The translations under genes and the position numbers were made by a program. Of a stretch of DNA of 64,000 bases, positions 46,943 to 60,189 are shown piece after piece. The stretch's first letter is position 1. Every line of letters begins with the position of its first letter. Source of the DNA: Hemiscyllium ocellatum (taxonomy: Eukaryota); NCBI RefSeq assembly GCF_020745735.1, contig NW_026867447.1, positions 496,001 through 560,000 on the forward strand. The letters are read 5' to 3'. The notes under the pieces are model-generated. The model ran no database searches, was not told the origin of the DNA, and saw only the letters and a program-made list of their open reading frames with translations.

Positions 46943-47397
46943 ATTCATTCGGAAGTTAGCTCCCTTTATTTCTACATTCATTCACAAACAGATAAAACTA
47001 AAATCGAAGTTCAAACGTATTACTAGCTAGTAAAACAATTGAGTTTTTATTTCCCAGGACACTGCCAGTCTCTGTCCCACTACAAAATAACACGTAATTC
47101 ATACTAAACATTTCAAAATTCAATTTAGGCAACTGAATACAGAGCATGTCCAAAGTGATTATATTCAGAATATTCAATTAGAAGTTAACTCCCTTTAATT
47201 CTACATTCCACCACAAGCAGATAAAGCTAAAAAGAACTTCAATCATATTATTAACCAACAAAATGAGTGACTTTATTTTTGCTGTCACTCAACGTCTCTC
47301 TCACTTTACAAAATAATATCCCATTTCTAATCTGCGTTTCTAAATTCCATTTAGGCAACCTAATATGGAGCAGGACTAAAGTGATTATGTTCAGAAT
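46943..47397. repeat. Old 229-bp tandem duplication upstream of the VH promoter
   Basis: Copies 46943-47171 and 47172-47397 share CTCCCTTTA-TTCTACATTC, CAGATAAA, ACAAAATAA, ATTTAGGCAAC, AAAGTGATTAT-TTCAGAAT. Confidence 0.85.
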
Positions 47398-48549
47398 GTG
47401 AGTGGATATCACTAAACAGTTTGGACCCGGAGATTAGAAGCACCTCCTGACATTGCAGAATGTCTCTCCTTGCATCTTTTTTTTCAAATTTTTTAAAATG
47501 CATAGTAAAGGAAAGCTGTGTGCCTGAGAAACAAAAAGTGAGTTGGCAGTGATACATAACACCGAGGTAAACTTTTGAAAGAGCATCTAATGAACTAGAA
47601 CAGGACAGTCCATACTTTTTTTTAAAAAATCCTCAACATCTAAACCATTGCAGGTAACTGTCTGGGTACATCAGGAGTGTTTGGTTAAATTAGAGAGTAT
47701 TACAATAATCATTACCACGAATGTAGGTTATAAACAGTACATTTCTCTGCTCACTGATAGCTCTGACAGGGGCAGTTAACTCATAAAAATAAGCAGAAAT
47801 TCGCTGTTACACGACACCAGTGTTAACCATGTATAAAGGGCCCACTCAGTTTTAATGAGATAAATGAATCAGAGAATGGTGTACCAAGTGATGTGAGTTT
47901 GAACCAATTCAAGTTTGTTAATTTACTTTGAGATGATAACAAATGTTACTGCAATGTGGGATTTTGGATCCATTAACTTCATATTCAGGACCTTTAAAGA
48001 TACTCAATAAACAGGCTGAACTAACCAGAATGTCACTGCATTCAATGTCCTGATTCTGATAGTCATACAGTGAATGCTGTATTCAGTGACTTTCCTTTTT
48101 AAAGAAGAAATGCCAAGTGAAATGTATCCATTGTGAGTAAATGGGAAAATATAGTTTGTTTGGTATGATTTTACTTTAGTTGATTCATTTTCCCTTTAAT
48201 CGGCCAGATACAATAGTTGGCAGCAATTAAGCTGACTGCAGAAAAGGTCCTTGAGTTTCCAGGTTCATTGACTGGAAGCAGGTGGAGTTTCTGCAGGGGA
48301 TCAAAGATATTTTGTCTCACTGTTGACCAGTTGGTGGAAAGCAAACTGCAGACCATAACCACTGCCTCTGCAGAAACAAATCTACTCAGCAACAATACTG
48401 GAGAAAAGTTTATTTTTCAGTTGTGAAACTTGGAGAACTAGTCCCTCCTCTCATTGAAGGAAATATTCGCAGAGTCTCAGACACAACCTAAACATCAACA
48501 GTTCATTCGAGGATCACTACAGCACTGTTTAATATTGAGAAAAATTGAT

Positions 48550-48862
48550 AAATAGTCATAGAGTCATGGAGTGATACAGCATGGAAACAGACACTTCAGT
48601 CCAACCAGTCCATGCCAGTCATAATCCCAAACTAAACTAATCCCACCTGCGTGTACTTGGCCCATATCCTTCCAAACATTTGATATTCATTTACTTATCC
48701 AAATGTCTTCTATAGGTTGTAAGTATCCACCACCAGATCATCCCACACACAAACCATTCTCTGTGTAAAAAGTTGTCTCTGATATCGTTTTAAAAATTTT
48801 TCTCCTCTCATTGTAAAACATGTTCCCTATTGTTGAAATCCCCCACCATAGGGAAAATACAA
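48550..48862 (-). mobile_element. CR1 3' fragment
   Basis: ATAGAGTCATGGAGTGATACAGCATGGAAACAG...TAATCCCACCTGC, the reverse complement of the CR1 tail. Confidence 0.75.
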
Positions 48863-51683
48863 CAATGTCTGGGTCAAAAATTGAAAACAATCCCAGCTCC
48901 AAACATTTACAAAATATTACTATGGATCTTCCTTGAGTCCAAAAAAGATTGTCCCCTTTGATCAATGATTTGTAAAATTTATTCGCGTATCTAATGTGAT
49001 GGACGTTTTCAAATAACTTCTGAAATGCAAGTGGTTCACATCAATCGTATTAAAGTGACATTTCGTGTGTGACCCCACACACAAAAAAAACAAGTTTGTT
49101 GACATGAGTTGCTCTGAGGAAGTCTACGATGAATTCTTTTATCAAACAAAATCATTTCCAGTGTTGTGAGGGCTTGTCTATCTTCTGTGCAATGGTCTGA
49201 ATTTTGAAGTTGTGTCTGACTGCAGATGAAACTGGCTGCTCTGGGTAAAAGTACAGTTGGCGCCTTTCACATTGTTAATGTATATTGCTGACTTTAGTTG
49301 AATAAAGGGATGTTGCCCCAGGCATCGTCTGGCACCATTAATTAGACCATTAATTTCCACATCATTCGCCAGAGGATCAGGTGGAGTTTATTGACATGTG
49401 ATATTTTTGAAACGAAAGCTTCGCACATTTCCAGGATGAATCATGTAAATTAGAGCCATTCACCTTTCCACTCATGGCTTTATAAACTTATATGAGGTCA
49501 CCCCCCGAACTCTCACCCTCCAGTGAAACAAGTTCCAGTCTATCTGGATTTCCAACGGTAACTTTGTTCCCTCACATTCTGCTGTTAAAGATCCTCCTGC
49601 CACCCCAGGTCCACAGAGAGTGTCCCTTGATACTAGTTCAAAGAAATGAAAGGAACTTGTCCCAGCATATTGTTCAATTTTATTTGGCTTCAAACACCAT
49701 AAAAAATAAATGTTCATGTCATTGCTGATTTATGGGAGAATTCCGTTTACACAGTATCTGCTGAAATACCTGCAGTACCATCCTGAATCTGGTTCACAGG
49801 TTCACCTGTTGCTCACAAATGCAACCAGACATCAGGGAACAGTGTGTGGGATAGAGGTAAAGTAGTGTTACTTCTGCAATTATAATTACTTATACAAAGT
49901 AAATGAACTCACACCAGTGTGTAATTGTTTCAGCCAAGAGCTGAGTCAACAAGAATGGAAACGTTGTGGAGGAAATACATAATTGTTTTTGTATTCACTA
50001 AAATTGTATGCAAGAATGAAACGTGACTGCAAAACAATGGTAGATATTACAGACGAATAGATAAGATGCTGTGAGGGGAGGGAGTTAAGCTAGATACGCC
50101 TGTACAAACAATAGGTATAAACATCTGTTTCCCACTTTTACTGAAACACAGGAACAAACCCCAATTGAAAGGGTCATAAGGATCAGTATTGTAGGGGAAG
50201 GCACAGATGGAGGGAATAGATAATAGTGAAGAAAGGATATGCCTAACAATGGGCCACAGCGGGATGAGGTCAAACAGCCTTGTGAGGCCAGAAATAAGCA
50301 TTTTGTCACAGACAAGGCTGGATAAGGCAGAGATAAACAGGAGTAATGGGTACCGGTCTTAGGGAATTGGAAGATGTAAACAGGGGAGGAGCAATGAAAT
50401 AAAAAAATAGAAACCAAATTACATAAATATTGTGTATTAGTTGAATTGAGTGTGTGTGTCCCTGCCTTGTGGACATGGACATCACACCATCTTGCAAGAG
50501 TAAAGTAAAGGGCACCACTGATTCAGATTTTGTCTCGGACTGAAATTATTGAAGTGTGTGAGCTTTGTTTCTCACAAGTGAACATCGTCCACACCCAGCC
50601 CTCCACCCTTCCCTTCTGTACGTTTCACTTTGTGAAATCCGTGTTGCCAATAATCAGTTAAAAGAAAGATTTTTTAAAACTTTCTTAATTCATCTTGCTG
50701 ATCTTGACTGAGTAAAGGTATGTTGCTGTCAGCATTTCTGGGGAACATGTCTACATTTTTTTCATGTCAGTTTACAATGATATTAAGTCAAGAATTGTCA
50801 AAACGTCCTGAGAAACAACGTTTAGAAATGGGCGTTCTGCCCCTACTTTTTTCCCCATAAGCCAGGATTTACAGTATTGGAGATCATATCTATGTTGATA
50901 ATGGATTAGACGCTACACAATGTTCCCGAATGTTTACTTCAAGTGCTATCACCTGCAGGGTTATGGACAACATGCTATAAAGTGGGTGTTGGCTGGAAGG
51001 TTCTGTTTTCACATGATACAGGTGTGATGGGCGAAGTGATCTCTCTCTGTCGTGAAAACTTCATCTTTCCTCAATTCATCTTTCCTACTTTGTCTCATTC
51101 AGAGGCTCTAATTCACATGATTCATACCGGAAATATTCCAAGCCTTCGGTTCAATGATATTAATAAACCCCACCTGACTCTCCGGCTAGCAATGTGGAAA
51201 TTAATGGTCTAATTAATGGTGCCAGACGATGCCTGGGACAACATCACTTTATTCAACTAAAGTCAGCAATGCACATTAACAATGTGAAAGGCACAAACTG
51301 TACTTTTACCCAGAGCAGCCAGTTACATCTGCATTCAGATACAAAATTCAGACCATTGCACAGAAGATAGACGAGCCCTCACAACGTTGGAAATGATTTT
51401 GTTTGATAAAACAGTCCATCCTAGACTTGCTTAGAACAACTCGTGATAACAAAATTGCTTAATTTTTTTTGTGTGGGGTAACACATGAAATGTTACTGTA
51501 TTCCGACTGATGTGAACCATTTGCACTTCAAGTTATTTGAAAACGTCCTTCAAAAAAAGATATGGGAACAAATTTTAGAAATCATTGATCAAAGGGATTT
51601 TTTTTGGACTCAAGGAAGATCCATAGTGATATTTTGTAAATGTTTGGAGCTGTGATTGCTTCAAATTTTTAACTAAGACATTG
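48863..51683. repeat. Long inverted repeat: ~500-bp arms (48863-49362 and 51192-51683), ~1.83-kb spacer
   Basis: For example CCCCAGGCATCGTCTGGCACCATTAATTAGACCATTAATTTCCACAT vs ATGTGGAAATTAATGGTCTAATTAATGGTGCCAGACGATGCCTGGG; collinear over the whole arm with scattered substitutions and indels. Confidence 0.92.
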
Positions 51684-52219
51684 GCATAGAGTGGACAACA
51701 TCACAATTTGCTGTAACATGAAACTCGCAACCACTGTGAACCATCGCCTGATGGTTCAGAATTTAACAAGGACCTAGCAAGGTTCGTGGAATGAACCGAC
51801 GAGTGATACATGAAAATTAACAAAGGCATTTCTGAAATGATTAATTTAGCTAGGAAGAATGTAGAGACTTCACATCTCTGTTTGCATTTCAATATACTAT
51901 AAATTACTTTTCTATTATATCCTAAAATACTCGAGTCTTTGTTCATATTTAATACACTCTATCTTGTTCCGGGGTTAAGATAGTTTCTTTATTTATTTCA
52001 CTCAAGACTGGATGCTGTACTTTTGCCTCAGTATTGACCAAACTCGGTTTGGTGCCAGCTTATATCACTTGAGCTGCTTTTTCAGGAAGTGAATTTCTCC
52101 ACCTGTTAAGTCAAAATAATCTGTTCATGCTTAGATTGAAATAAATCCTATTAATATCATCCCAAATTCAGACTCGGTTATTTTGTATTTATTCATTGGA
52201 ATTGAACAGGAATATGACC

Positions 52220-53265
52220 GGCTGTTCTTGGTGGAGTGGGAGGGGGAGTTAAAGTGTTCAGCCACGGGGCCGTGGGGTTGGTTGGCACGGGTGTCCCAGA
52301 GATGTTCTCTGAAATGATCCGCAAGTTAGTGTCCTGTCTCCCTGATGCAGAGGAGACCACATCAGGTGGAACAGACACAGTGGATGACATTTGTGGAAGT
52401 ATAGATAAGTTTCTGTGGGATGTGGAAGGATCATTTGGGGCCTTGTCGGAGGTGAGGGGGAGGTGTGGGCGCAGGTTTTGCACTTCCTGTGGTGACAGGG
52501 GAAGGTGACAGGGGTGGGGAGTGGGCTGGTGGGGGGCATGGACCTGACGAGGGAGTCGTGGAGGGAATGATGCCTTCGGAATGCAGATAGGTGTAGGGAG
52601 GGAAATATACCCCGAGTGATGGGGTCTGTTTACAGTGGTGGAAGCAGCAGAGGATGATATGATGTATGCAAGGTTGGTGCGGTGGAAGATGAGGACCAGG
52701 AGGGGTCCCTGTTGCGATTGGAGGGATGGGGTTCAAGGGCATCATCGACCACGTGGGAGGGGAAATTGCATTCTTTGATAAAGGATCTGGGATGTTTTAT
52801 GGTGGAACTGGACCTCCTGGGAGCAGATGCGGTGGAGGCAGAGGAATTGAGAATAAAGGATGGCATTTTTACCTGAGGTCGGGTGGGAGGAGGTGTAGTC
52901 CAGGTAGCTGTGGGAGTCAGTGGGCTTGTAGTAAATGTTTAGTTGGTCACTGGAGATAGAGATGGAGAGGTCTAGGAAAGGGAGGGAGGTGTCCGAGATG
53001 GTCCCTGTAAAGTTTAGGTCAGGGTGGAAGGTTTTAGTAAAGTTGATGAACTGTTCAACCTCCTAGTGGTTGCATGAGGTGGCATTGATACAGTCATCAA
53101 TGTAGCGGTGGTAAAGGTGGGCAATGATACCGGTGTAGCTGTGGAAGATTGACTGTCCCACATATCTGACGAAGAGGCAGGCATAGCTGGGGTCCATGGC
53201 TACCCCTTTGGTTTGGAGGAAGTGGGAGGATTGAAAGGAAATGTAGTTGAGGTTGAGCATGTACT
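52220..53265 (-). mobile_element. Degenerate Penelope-like element (RT core and GIY-YIG remnants)
   Basis: FLQTKGVAMDPSYACLF...RYIDD (53063-53260), HRKCKTCAHT, and nucleotide similarity to 20330-20510. Confidence 0.85.
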
Positions 53266-54419
53266 GCTTGGGTTGGCGTGACAGGAAGAAACTGAGGGCT
53301 TCGAGGCCTCCATCATGGCGTTTGGATGTGTACAGGGCCTGGACATTCTGTTCATTCTGGGGCTTATCAATAGCTTGCAGTTATTATGGAACTGCAAGGG
53401 CAGTGGCTGGGAACTCGGAGAAACCAATGGTTCAGTCTTCTGCTTGAAGCAAATTTTGACCAGAACATTTAAACACCACAAAGCTCACTGTAGGAAATGC
53501 CAGTGCTGCAACTTTTAATAATATTTGAAACTTGGTTAAAAATAGGGATTTTTAGTTATAGTTTCTGAAATAATCAAGACAAGAATTAACTGTTAGAACA
53601 AGCTCTATCAAAGAGAGAAGATTTGCAAGGTTTGAAACCACACAGTGCTGTGGTTTATTTGAATTCAATGTTGGTCAGATTTAGATACAGCCAAGGTGAT
53701 CTCTCCATATATTGATTCTGTTAATCGGACACACCAACATACCTGTCTGTACTAAACTGTATTATTTGTTTAGTTGATCAAAATTTAGGAAATAGATCAA
53801 ACAGAATGTATTTGGGTGGGAAGGTGATGGATACAGAAGACAGAATCAAAAGCTGGGAACATTAAATCTGAAGAGGGAGTAACAAGTAGTACAAGATCAA
53901 AGACATGAAAAGGTGCATGTCAATGTGTTCCAGACGTTAGTGAATCGAATGAGCTTGTTAGATCGTCGAGAGACTCGTCCAACGACATCCTGGAATCAGA
54001 CCGTGAAATAGAGATCGAAAGGTCGATTTGCAAATGTCACTTCAATGTAATCACTTCACACTCTGTGTCCTGATCTAGGCCACATTGGCAGATGTTTCTG
54101 CCAGATTGTATCCCCTGGGTTTATTTTCTGATCAGAAGTGAGATGTGTGGCTTGATGCTGGCACATAGAAACAGGAAGTTGCGCGCCAGCTGAGAATGAT
54201 ACACCAGGCGCTACTTTCCGTATTATCAGCACAAACAGTCTCCCTACCTCTGAGGGTGAACACACTGACAGTGTCAAGAACAAACGGACAGTTTGCTGTT
54301 GGTCTCAACATTGTATTCAATTCCATTCCCATTTTCCAGAATGAAGCAGAAGAGATTATTTCAGCTAGAGTAAATTATCTGTCAGAGAGATAAGAAGAGA
54401 TATCATCGGGTGAAAGGAG

Positions 54420-55100
54420 CGAAATGACAATATGTAGTTTCGCTCATAAACCTATGTTTAAGAGTAGAAAGCTTGAGGGAAGGTAATAAATAAATCTAAG
54501 AGACAGCATTCATTAAAAGTTGGAATTGTAAGGTTTAAGCAATAAAATTCAGCAGGGCTTTGGTGGAAGTGAGACCATCTGGGAAGTGGTTGATTCTGTT
54601 TTCCGCAGAGGCAATGAGATGTGCCATAAAGTGGATGTGATGCTTCTTGACTTCAATCAGGTTTTTGACCAGATCTTGCATCTTCAATATACTAAGGGTT
54701 CATGGGATCTGGTGCAGTTTGGCAAATGCATCGAAGGTTTATTTGTTGGCAGAAGGTAATGGTCGAAGGTAGTCATTGTGAAGACATCTTGTGTCCAGTG
54801 GCTTACTATACGACTTGGTGCTGGATCCTTTGCTGTTTGCAGCGTATATGAACGATCTAGTCAAGAATGTAGCAATTTTGATCAGTAAGTTCAAAGATGA
54901 GGTGAAAAACGTTTGGTTTTGCAATTAATGAGGAGGAAAGCCAGTGTGACATCGATGACCTTGCCTGTTGGAGAGAAGAATTGAAAACAGAACATTATAC
55001 CCTAAAGTCTGTGAAGTAAAGCATTTTCAAGACTAACAAATGAAGTGAATATACGATGCATTGTTGGAATCTACAAATACAAAGGATAAGCGATCTTCTG
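54420..55100 (+). mobile_element. Old CR1 RT fragment
   Basis: Decayed GACTTCAATCAGGTTTTTGAC, GGATCCTTTGCTGTTTGC...TATATGAACGAT, AGTAAGTTCAAAGATGA. Confidence 0.55.
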
Positions 55101-55800
55101 TTGTGCATATCCACATCATGGAGTGTGGGTTGGAGTTATAGTCTGGAGATATTGTGGCTAGACCATTACTTTAGGAAACTGGGGTTTGAGCCTGCAGTGC
55201 TGCCACATCAAGTCATGAACTAAAGTTGATAATTAAACAACTCATTGAAGGAATAAGCTCCACAGATATCCCCTTGCTCTGCTTTGGAGAGCACAACACA
55301 TCAGCGCAAAAGTTAAGGTTGAAGCATTCACAGCAATCGTCAGCCAGAAGTGCCAATTGTCTGATCCATCTCGGCATCTTCTATAGATCACCAATATTAC
55401 AGATACCTGTCTTCAGGGAATTCGCTTCTCTCCATGTGAAATCAAGGCACTGTTGGGCGGGGGGCACTGGTTACTGCAAATGCTATGGAGCCTGACAAAA
55501 TTCTGGCAATAATACTGCTGACTTGTGCTAGCCAAGCACTCCCAGTACAGCTACAATACTGGCATGGACAATGTGGAAAATAGGCCAGGCATGTCCTGTG
55601 CACAGAAAATAGGTCAAACCACCCTGGCGAATTACTGCTCCATCAGTCCATGCTCAATCATGAGTTAGGTGTAGGAAGGTGCTTTCAACAGTGCTATCAA
55701 GCAGCACTAGCTCAGTAATAACCTGCTCAGTGACATAAAATGTGGGTTACGCAAGGCCTACTCAGCTCATGACTGAATTACAGACTTGATTTAAACATGG

Positions 55801-56027
55801 CTTAAAAATGTGTTGCTGGAAAAGCGCAGCAGGTCAGGCAGCATCAAAGGAGCAGGAGAATCGACGTTTTGGGCATAAGCCCTTCTGAAGCCTGATTCCT
55901 GAAGAAGGGCTTATGCCCGAAACTTTGATTCTCCTGCTCCTTTGATGCTGCCTGACCTGCTGCGCTTTTCCAGCAACACATTTTTAAGCTCTGATCTCCA
56001 GCATCTGCGGTCCTCACTTTCTCCGAG
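55801..56027. mobile_element. Fold-back PLE mini-element (86-bp arms), 15-bp TSD
   Basis: Arms 55801-55886 and 55903-55988. TTGATTTAAACATGG at 55786-55800 and 56028-56042. Confidence 0.88.
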
Positions 56028-56861
56028 TTGATTTAAACATGGACAAAGAACTGAATTCCAGAAATGAGGGAAGAGTGACAGCCCTTCACATTAAGGTCAC
56101 ATTTGACAGAGTGTGATATTATGGAGTCCTAGCAAAACTGGATTCAATGGGTATCAGGTGACAACCTCCCTGCTGCCTGCAGTCAGACCTCACACATTGG
56201 AAGGTGGCTCTGCTTGTTAGAGGGCAGTCGTCTCAGCCAAAGCAAATCTCTGTTGGAGTTCCTAAAGAAAGTGTCCTTGGCCCAATCATGTTCAGCTGCT
56301 TCAGCAATGACTTTCCCTCCCTCTGAAGGTCAGAAGTGAAATCTGCATTGATCTAGCATTTTTTTTGTGACTGCTCAGTCCACATTCAAATGCAACAAAA
56401 TCTGGACAATTTCCAGACTTGAGCTGACAAGTGGCAAATAGCATTCACACCACAAACCTGCGAGACAATGACCATTGACAATAAGAGACAATCTAACCAA
56501 AACCCCTTGACATTCAATAGTGTTACCATCACGGAATCCCTCACCATCGACATCCTGGGTTTTATTGTTCATTAGAAATTGAGCTGGACACTCCATATAA
56601 ATACAGTGGTTGTAAGAGCAGGCCAGAGGCTAGGAATACTGCAGCGAGTAACTCACCCTCCTGACTTGCAAAGCCAACTGACTGTCTAAGAGACAGAAGT
56701 CAGGAGGGTAATAGCACAGCTCGCCCTTTGACTGGACAGGAGCACCTTCAACTGCACTCAAGAAGCTAGGCATTGTCCAGGACAAAGCATCCCACTTGAT
56801 CAGCAGCACATCCACAAGTGTTCATTGCCTCCAAATCTGATGCTTAGTACCTGCCATATGC

Positions 56862-56953
56862 TGAAAAACGTGTTGCTAGAAAAGCGCAGCAGGTCAGGCA
56901 GCATCCAAGGAGCAGGAGAATCGATGTTTCGGGCATAAGCCCTTCTTCAGGCA
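56862..56953 (-). mobile_element. PLE tail insertion, 14-bp TSD (1 mismatch)
   Basis: TACCTGCC(A/G)TATGC at 56848-56861 and 56954-56967. Confidence 0.8.
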
Positions 56954-57599
56954 TACCTGCCGTATGCACTATCTAAAATACTGCACTGCAGTAACTTAGC
57001 CACTTCCTTACACAGTACCTTCCCACTACCACTTGCATCTCGATGGATAAGAACAGCAGATACATGGGAACAGCACCACTGTAACCTCCTCTCTAAACTA
57101 CTCAGCATCCTGACATGGAAATATATCATCGATCTTTTACTGTAACTGGGTCAAAATCTGGAATTCCCTTCCTCAGGTCATTTTGGAACATGCTATTTCA
57201 GAAAGGCAGCTTTCTGCCATCTTCTGAAGGACACCTACCAACAACTAAAAGCAACCACCGTGTTCCATGAGTCAATAAAAAAATCATTGAAGCTAACATG
57301 ACAGTTTGAGAAAGTGGTTAAGGAGGCATTATGAGCATGTAATAAGCAATCGAAAGGTTTGGAGTAAAGTTCCAGAATCAAACTATACCATAGTAGCTTC
57401 AATTAATGAAAGAGTATGAAATGAAACTGCTGAAGTAACGAATGATAATCACAGACCTACCAAAGTTTTGAAGCATGTTACATGGTTCAGTATTGCCCTT
57501 CAGAGGAGGATGTGTGACTTTCCTACCTGGCCTGCCCTACCTGTTCAACAAAAAGGCGATGGTTCCTTTCCTATGCCGAACCTGACTAAGAAACCCATC

Positions 57600-57820
57600 A
57601 GGAGAAAGTGAGGACTGCAGGTGCTGGAGATCTGAGTTGAGAGTGTAGTGCTGGAAAAGCACAGCAGGTCAGGCAGCATCCAAGGAGCAGGAGAATCAAT
57701 GTTCCAGGCATAACAACTACATCAGGTATCTTAATAAAGGCCTTATGCCCAAAACGTCGATTCTCCTGCTCCTCGGACGCTGCCTGACCTGCTGTACTTT
57801 TCCAGCAACACAGTCTCGAC
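57600..57820. mobile_element. Fold-back PLE mini-element, more diverged
   Basis: GCTGGAAAAGCACAGCAGGTCAGGCAGC ... GCTGCCTGACCTGCTGTACTTTTCCAGC inverted arms. Confidence 0.8.
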
Positions 57821-60189
57821 TGAGAAGCCATTTGGTTGTAATAAAGCTTCTTAAGAAAGATCAACCATAATTAGCCGAGCAAGATGGCAGGCCTCAAAAA
57901 GGGAGCTGATGACCACCTTCTTGGGATATGTGACTAACGCTTTCATAATTCAGTGAAGAATTCAACAAATGCAAATGACGGTGAGTCAGGCTCTTCAGAC
58001 AGATTTTAGATTGGTGATTGGATGCAATGTGATGTTGCTGTGAACAGCAAGAGAGTTCTTGCCAGTATTCCGCTCCAATATTTGTTCATGATGTAAAGTG
58101 CCAGATTTCTTGCATTTCTGTGCTTTCTGTGCATTTCCAACATTCGGATCACAGTGATGATATCATGAGACCAGTATTCTCGAACTCCAGTTTGATGTTG
58201 AATGGCCAGGGTTTGGAATATCATCGTTTTGCATTTGAGTGAAATTTGAATTTAAAGAAATCCTGGAATCAGAAAGGAAGGCAAATGATGCCCATGTAAC
58301 CCGAGTCAATGGAAAAATACAAAAACAGCTGGTTCACGAATGACAAGGCATCTGTCACATCTACATGGTCTGGCTGACATGAGATTTCAGACCCACTGGG
58401 AAGTAATTGACTGTGTTCTGAAGTGGCTTTAGCAAGCTATTCAATGGGCAGTTGGGGATAGGGACTCATTGCTGACCCTTACCATTAAGTAATACGTGTA
58501 ACGAAACCTCGTAACAACTATATCAATTAAATGTAATTGTTGCGGCAGTTCCTGTATTTCACGTGAATATTCTAAATTTGCAGAATTTTCAGCACTGAAT
58601 TGTTAACCTAAATAAAAGTTTTAAATTATTTATCTTTCAGAAATAAATAAAATCTGTTGCAATTCGGCTTCATAAATTTTTATTCACTTCTGCAAATGGT
58701 CAACATTCTTAAAATAAACTTGTTTCGATTTGAAACTTACCAACAAATCACTTCATTCACCTGGCTTTGCTGCCATCATCACTTCCTTGAAGCCAATTAA
58801 GCATTTATGTAAATAAACACAGAAATAGAATTCTCAGAATAGATTACAGAACCACAAAACCCTCATTTATATTTCCCCACAAGCACAGCACACGAATTGT
58901 GGAAAAAATGCAAATAACTCAATGGATTCCAATACTAATTGATGTTAGGACTTTTTAATACATAAGTTGTATGATTGTTGAATGACAGAGGTATCAATTG
59001 TCATGTTTAGTCAAAAAACTATAATTAAGAGATACATTGGCACAGCTAATATTTCTGTGTCTCTTTTTCTCTCTTCCCCTCCTGCCTTCCCCCTTTTTTC
59101 TTTATCTCTGATGCCTTGTTTTGCCTCTCCACAATCGGACAATGTTTTCCCCAATAACATGAAGCCAACACCTCACCAACATTGCCTCTCAGCCAAATTC
59201 ATCCATTTCTTTCGAGAGATTTGAGTCAGGACAGCAAGATTTTCTCAAAAATCTGTCTGAGCATTGAGTGATCTGGAAATGCTTGATAGGAATGAGGCTG
59301 CAAGACTTTACTGCGTTAGTGTTTTCATTGTATCTTTGCACTATTATTCCTGTCTGAGGAATGTTTAATGGTTCAATGTAATGCATATTTAGTCTATAAT
59401 TAACCTTACGCTGCACATCTCATGGAAGGTTTAATATTATAGAGGTCAATTTATTCTGTATCAACTCTGGGAGGATTTCTTTTCGGGAATCCTGGATGCA
59501 GCTCTACTCTGTGTCTAAACCAAAATATATTTGACATGATTGCATTGGACAACACAATATAGAGGGAGATTTACCCAGCACATTACATGAGCTGTACAAT
59601 CACAGAAAACATTTGATGTAGCCGTGTAAAGGGGTTTGAACTCCTACCCACTGTCTTTCTGATTTTGAAATGCTTGACACCAGAATAAAAAGGGAACAAC
59701 ACTATGCATCGAAACTTTGTTATACAAGTAGACTATCATTTACAGGCACAGACATACGCACACACATAAGCAAATCATCTCTGAACAACCCTTGCAGTGT
59801 TTAATGGATGAGTACTGAGAGAGCTTTAATATGCAATGTGTGTGTATTCCATGCAACACATGCTGACAGTGTGCTTGATATGGTAGTTTAAATGTAGTTT
59901 TGATCTGTCTTTAACCTTTTCTGTGACAGATTTGGTTGTGTTTGACAAATATTTAACAGAACTGAAGGACTATAAATGTAGTCACTGCATTAGAGGCAGA
60001 ATGCAATGCCACCAAACAGTGAGAAAGATGATCCCTGTCTTTTTTCATGATGAGGAGGGATTGAAGCAGCTGGGCTTCAAACATGGAGGTTAATTTAGAT
60101 GAGACCTACATAATTCTGAAAAGACTAACTTAGAGCAAAGGTCAATGAGAGGGAACCAGAAGCGGTCTGTTCAGCCAATGGGGTTTGGG

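Larger units (their letters stand above)
55480..57240 (+). mobile_element. Degenerate LINE RT region of a different family (CR1/L2 group), interrupted by two PLE mini-elements
   Basis: Collinear RT-like words (AATTACTGCTCCATCAGT, ACATTAAGGTCACATTTGACAGAGTGTG, GGAGTTCCTAAAGAAAGTGTCCTTGGCCC); no open frame. Confidence 0.6.
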
